A stretch of 55,369 nucleotides of DNA, filler included, from Sphacelaria rigidula (lineage: Eukaryota): assembly GCA_964200075.2 (NCBI GenBank). It is 3 parts of 3 records of this genome, joined end to end, with 100 filler letters (N's around TTAATTAATTAA, not from the genome) between each part and the next. Parts side by side here need not be neighbours in the genome. Positions count along the whole stretch, not along the records: positions 36,984 to 55,369 come from CAXNAA020000870.1; 2 more parts are not named here. One strand, given 5' to 3'. The notes under the pieces were generated by a model. It did not search any database. It was given only the letters and a program-made list of their open reading frames with translations, and was not told the DNA's origin. Within the stretch, counting starts at the first letter, position 1. The number at the start of each line of letters is the position of its first letter. The position numbers and the translations under genes are program-made. Of this stretch, positions 50,295 to 55,369 are shown piece after piece.

Positions 50295-50900
50295 TCAATT
50301 CGGGGCACAGTATCCCGGAATAAAACACGCAAATATGGCCCAGACAAACACCAGCCCTGTAACCGCCACGAATGAGATGGCGTACGTCACGGGATTTTCG
50401 AACCACTGCAATTCTCCGCGCGACTCCCTTCCGGCGGTGCGCTCGAACCAGTCGGCGTCCCGGCGCTCGGTTCCCGACATCTGGCTCGTATCTAGCCCGC
50501 GCATTCCGCTCCCTGGGATGAAATACGGCTCCTCCTCGTTGTCCTTAGTATTTTTCCCGCCGTTACTGGCTTGCAAACGCGTGACCATTCGCCCGCGCGC
50601 TGCCTCCGCTGCCGCCGCCGACAACAATCCCACCCCGTCCTGTCTCCGACCTCCGCGGCGGCGACACAGGGCCGAGTCTCCCAACCTGCATCGGAAGATG
50701 TTTCGTTCGCTGTGGCTTGCGCTGCTGCTGCCGCGACGGCTGGTTGCCTCCATCGCCGTCATAGATGGGCTCGGCGGTAGGAGCGACGGAGTTCGGGTGA
50801 CGAACACGAACGCGTGTGCTTGATGTTGGGCGGCGGGCCACAAAACTCCGATGAGGCAGGCCAGCACTGGTGTCGCCGTGGATACCCCATGCGTGAACAT
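50295..50900 (-). CDS. Intronless putative plastid-targeted single-pass membrane protein of unknown function
   Basis: From ATG 50900: signal peptide (TPVLACLIGVLWP) ending AHA|FVF (ASAFAP-like), an S/R-rich transit-peptide-like stretch, a charged domain (DADWFERTA...LQWFENP) and a C-terminal TM helix (YAISFVAVTGLVFVWAIFACF). In-frame upstream ATGs exist to 51005. Confidence 0.7.
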   Translation of the reverse strand: MFTHGVSTATPVLACLIGVLWPAAQHQAHAFVFVTRTPSLLPPSPSMTAMEATSRRGSSSASHSERNIFRCRLGDSALCRRRGGRRQDGVGLLSAAAAEAARGRMVTRLQASNGGKNTKDNEEEPYFIPGSGMRGLDTSQMSGTERRDADWFERTAGRESRGELQWFENPVTYAISFVAVTGLVFVWAIFACFIPGYCAPN

Positions 50901-51108
50901 CTTGTATGATCGCGGACGGCGAACGTAGTCAGGGCTCGTTGTTGTGTCTTCTTGTTGGGTCACGACTGTCTCATGTGCATGGAGTCGCGAGAACATGGGG
51001 GACATCCAGGAGGTGGTGAAAAGTGGTCAACTTGGTACGTGCATTGCAAGAGGATAGTTTTTCCAAGAGTCAAGGCATAGGGGGCGGGGCAGACGTTCTC
51101 TCACCAGG

Positions 51109-51395
51109 GAGCTATGCTACGGTACTCGTAGGGGTTGCTCTTTTTTTAGCGAAAACGTTTCTCGAGGTTGCTCTGGGTGTTGGACGGATCATTTTGAGAA
51201 TCGGCATCACATTTACTTGAAAAAACTGAAAATTATGCCGATTCACGAAAAGACCCCTGCGTGCAAACACCATATTCCTGGAAGTCCGGTGCCCGGAGAT
51301 TTGGGTTGCACAGTAAGCTCCATATATACTCGGGCTCCTCCTACAAAAAAAAAGACCTAGAAACAAAAAGCGCAACCCCTACCGTAGCGTTGCTC
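51109..51395. mobile_element. Sola2-like MITE
   Basis: TIR GAGCTATGCTACGGTA(ctcgta)GGGGTTGC / GCAACCCCTACCGTAGCGTTGCTC; 4-bp TSD CAGG/TAGG (one mismatch). Confidence 0.7.
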
Positions 51396-51522
51396 TAGGA
51401 GGAGCCTTTTGTTTACCACAGAGCTCGCTCGTCCGTTTACTCTTGTGTCTTCCGTCACACTTAGATGGTTGCAACACGTAGGTCCAGGTCACTCAAGGTT
51501 CGAATCATGCAATCCTTGCCTC

Positions 51523-51810
51523 GCCCCGGTGGTGCAATGGTCCGACTGTCACCATTAGGGTGGCGAGAACTTGGGTTCAATTCGAAGTATGTATATCGAT
51601 TTAACACCGTCAAAAGCGTGAGTACGTGAGTGAACAAAACAGTATCCGACTGAGTTTGTTTGTCGAGAGTTGACGCGGTGCGGGAGTGCTGACCCGATCC
51701 GCGAGTCCAAAATGCAAGGCGCGTGCCGTACCGGGGAGAGATCGGTTGATCCCTTGAGACCACGGATTCGTCCTGAGGAAGGGGAGGGGTTCAAAGTGTG
51801 TGACAAAAAA
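51523..51810 (+). mobile_element. tRNA-derived SINE, copy B
   Basis: GCCCCGGTGGTGCAATGG (A box) and GGGTTCAATTC (B box) head, body homologous to 131-485, ends tgtgacaaaaaa. Confidence 0.7.
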
Positions 51811-52444
51811 CACACCCTTTTTTTTCCCTCTGGAGATGAGTTCTGCCTAAGTGGTTCATTTACACGTGCGTCTGTCTCCCCACGCGTCTGACAAGGGGTA
51901 CAGTATGTCAAGCAGGGCTGGCTGCGTGTCTGATATGAAAAGCGGTACACCAGCAACAACTGAAGGATCGTTGCCCTAGCGAAATTCTTTTGTCGCAGGC
52001 AATACAGCAGTTCGCGGCGATTTCCAAACTAGTACGCTGACACAGGGGCACAAGCTTTGATTTCATGCCGTTTCTCACTGCTGTGTGTGGGGCGAAAAAA
52101 AGGAGTATTCGCTGATCCGACCGAGTACGACGCCTGCAACAAACCGTGGCTACCAACGGGCACCCCCCCCCGAACAACCTGTTCAATCTTGTGGTCCTAA
52201 CGTTTCCTCATGGTGTACCAGACCATCCCGTACATGATCGGACGCACTTGCATCGTTCAAGCGCTCCCCATCTCTTCGACTACGAAACATTAACGGGCCT
52301 TTAGTGTTCTGCTAAGGAGCATTCATATATGAAAGCCGACTTAAAACATGCCCATAAGTCGGGCGGGCGTCGAAGCGAGGAAAAAATCAATCAAAAATCG
52401 AGGTATAAAAAAATCGATGCTAGATTGATTCGGTGTGTTGCGGG

Positions 52445-52860
52445 ATGCCTACCGCGGGATCCTGCAGAGGTGTGCCTCAACAAGTATACCTCAAACCGCA
52501 ACGCTCCCGACCACCACGTGTTGCCATACCGCGAGGTCCTCGAAAGAACTGGCTACGAGTGCATCGAGGCTCCCGTGATGAGGTGAATCCTCCTACACGT
52601 CGGTCACGTCGTGCGCGTGAACGGCGAACGCCTCCCCCGACATCGTCATGCGTGGAGTAATTTTCGGAGAAAAGGTCGAAGGCAAGCCGATCAGCGGCGA
52701 GACGCCTGCAACACAGCATCCCCGAACACTGCTCCGACTTCGGAATCAAAACGTGACATCGTGAACGCGGTTGCCCAAGATGTGTTTGAAAGGTACCGGT
52801 TCGTAGGGGAGCACTCTAAGATGTACATGATAGCCTCGGCCAAAGCGCGACATGCTGAGG
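52445..52860 (+). mobile_element. 5'-truncated RTE LINE 3' fragment
   Basis: CLNKYTSNR...LPYREVLERTGYECIE...GHVVRVNGERLP; begins with the motif (CLNKHTS) where the 29454 relic ends. 3' boundary approximate. Confidence 0.65.
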
Positions 52861-55369
52861 ATTTTGTCTGCTGTGTTGCCGCTAGAGTTCCCTCTGTGCC
52901 TGTCGAGGACCACCGAGATGTAACCAGGAGACCGTCGCGTAGTACTGTAGTACACTCGCTGGTGCGTCTGTCGTATTCTCATCAACTTGAAACATTTTCA
53001 TGGAAACACGACAAGTACAAAAAACGGCACATGGACATCATTGAGAGCCAGAAGGGTTCGAGATACAAGCGTGTATCTCTTGAACATTTTCGGGCATGCT
53101 GTATCACGTACAGACACCCACCATGGAACGTGCACACGTTCACAGATAGCCTGATTTCACCGAAACACAAGGTGGCCTGGCCGAGTGGCGGTTGGTTCTG
53201 TATCGGGCGAGCATTGACGATGTGCGCAAGCAGTCGCGTAGTTTCTCTACCCCCAAAATGTGCAGTTCTGGCAGGATTCGTTGTGCCGTGCGTTTTTTGC
53301 CAACAGTTATTGCAACCTATTTCTTTCACGGGTCGAAGCCAAAACAAGAACATCGTATCGTGCGTGCTTGAGGGATATCGAGCTATCGCGAGGGATATCG
53401 AGCATTGTATGGGGACACGAACGGCTCGCTCTCTTGGTCAACATTTGAACCCCTTGGGTCGGCCGTGGTTTTATCAGCCGTCTGTTGGTCGTTATGGGTC
53501 CAACTTTCCGTACATGTCAGGAGAATTTTCGCTGCCGATGCCGGACCAAATCGAGACATCGCAAATATCAGATCGAACCCTAACCATATTTCTAGTTTTT
53601 ATCACCTTTTTCTGTTAAGTCAGGCTCTTAGCATTCGCGCTGACCCTGTTTGCCCTTTCTTCTTCTCTCGTGCCAACGACCGAAGCTGGAGTGCCGAATA
53701 TTTCTCAGCCTTTGGGCATGGCTCAATATGACGAATCACTTGCATTTTGATGGTCAAACAACCCTTTGTCGTGAATCGCTGTAGTAGGCAGTGAGCGACC
53801 GATGTACTGGGAAACCACAGACACCCATGTGCAGGTGCGATGAAGAGCGCTACATATACGCAAAATGTTGTTTTCATTGTTCTTGATGTGGTACCCGCCA
53901 CCTGAACGCCCGGAAAACCTATGTTTCCCCCACCCTCAATCGGAAACTAAGATAGCACTATTATTCTAGAGCGAATGAAAACACCAGATCTGTTGCCCTT
54001 CAATTCAGGAGCCAGAACACTCAGCGCAACGGGCCACGCGTGAATTCCCGTCGTTCCCGGCAAGAATTCCGTCGTCAAAGTTCGGATGTTTGCACCTTTG
54101 AGCAAGCGTGGCGGTTCTCATTTCGAGTAAAGATATGGATAAATTTGAGCAGCACCAGGTGCTCAAAAATGCTCCGTTCAGGGTGATCTTGCACTGCCGG
54201 GAGTCCGGCACGGGAATATATGTTATTTTCTGCTGGTGCAAGTGACAGGCAAGCCGGGAACACACACACGCAAAAAAAACACGCGGGGCTGCTTTTCAAC
54301 AAAAGAGAGAACGGCACGCATCGAGTTGCACGCGACTGCGTGCCGACGACGCTGTTTTGTTGTTGGTGGCACAGTGTTATGTAACTCAGCGCCTGCTCTC
54401 TCAGGCATGCCCCTGTGTACTCCTTATATTGATGACGCATCACGGCACACAGAGCGGCAGAGCATGGTGCTGGTCTAAGCCGCCGTGCCGTGTGTTGCGT
54501 GTTGTGGGCACGTTGGACCGTGTCTTCACGGGACGAAACATGCATGTTAATGGAAAGAAGTGTTCAGAAAACGATCTGTGATGGGTCGCCTCGAGACCAA
54601 CCCCTCTCCCTCTCTCCCCGCTGTCCCCCAAGAAAAGGTACTTTCACCCTTTTCTTCTGCAACCCAGCTTTTGATTATAAAAAAATCTCTGGTGCCTTTC
54701 TCGAGGGGTGGCGTATCTCTCAGTCGAGGCGCCAAACACACAATTTTCCCGTGATGATAGATTTGGCGGGGGGGGAAGACGTGTAGTCATGGTTCGGCAT
54801 GCCCTAGTCATAAGATCATTGGCCTCGCACTCCTACGAAACCGGGACGGAGCACGACGGGTTTTCGAGGAACCAGGCTCGCAATTACCGAGCGCCAGGCG
54901 CCGTGATGTGTTCGGGGAGTCGCATGAAGGGTGAGCTGTATCCTGATAATATTGTTCGGCCCAAAGCGTACTAATCATCTTGCGTGTGAATGACAGCCTC
55001 GAATGTATTGCTTCATTTTTTGGTGCCATCACTCCCAGAGACACATCTACACGTAACGCTGCTTCGTGGGTGTCTCACCATTCCAACACAATGTAGTACA
55101 ATCATCCCCTTTGCGCGGAGTTGAGGATTTATTTACCTCGCACAATATGATCTAACTCGACCACCATCATAGGGGACGGGGGGGGGGGGCGTACTCATTT
55201 GTCGCTTGCCTTAGTCGTTTTACCATTGACCACGCATCCCCTTCGAGACGGAGCACCGTTCCTACTCTTAATAGAGACACCTCCAACATTCCGACGCTCA
55301 TTACGCTTCTTCCATACATTACACAAAAACCTTTAACATCTCTTACCCCCGTCCTGTTTCGCCGTCTCT

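Noticed and set aside
51523-51600. Possible tRNA gene
   Set aside because: Acceptor stem and arms do not pair convincingly and it continues into a dispersed repeat body; treated as a SINE head.
52611-53618. 335-aa plus-strand ORF
   Set aside because: Starts at GTG inside a LINE 3' relic and runs into sequence with no recognisable domain; likely a chance read-through.

Overview
Eukaryotic, intron-rich DNA, most likely from a brown alga or related photosynthetic stramenopile (inferred from short GT-AG exons, a signal peptide plus 'AF' plastid presequence, and a flagellar dynein). The window is three near-equal contigs (18,393, 18,390 and 18,386 bp) joined by 100-bp N spacers that contain an artificial TTAATTAATTAA linker, so they are probably unlinked. 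Contig 1 carries the 3' part of a CD36-family gene (+) tail-to-tail with 21 exons encoding the C-terminal ~1,180 aa of an inner-arm axonemal dynein heavy chain (-). Contig 2 is gene-poor and rich in transposons. It holds an intronless FNIP-type gene with 22-aa tandem repeats, each with a hypervariable two-residue slot (the main finding), a hAT-type element nested inside a copy of itself, several MITEs and a decayed RTE LINE. Contig 3 has a long foldback, RTE LINE relics, a multi-exon kelch/EGF/GPI-like surface-protein gene (+) and an intronless plastid-targeted membrane-protein gene (-). Four non-autonomous DNA-transposon families and a tRNA-derived SINE were defined from terminal repeats and target-site duplications (TSDs). 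All exon models were read by eye and no database searches were run.
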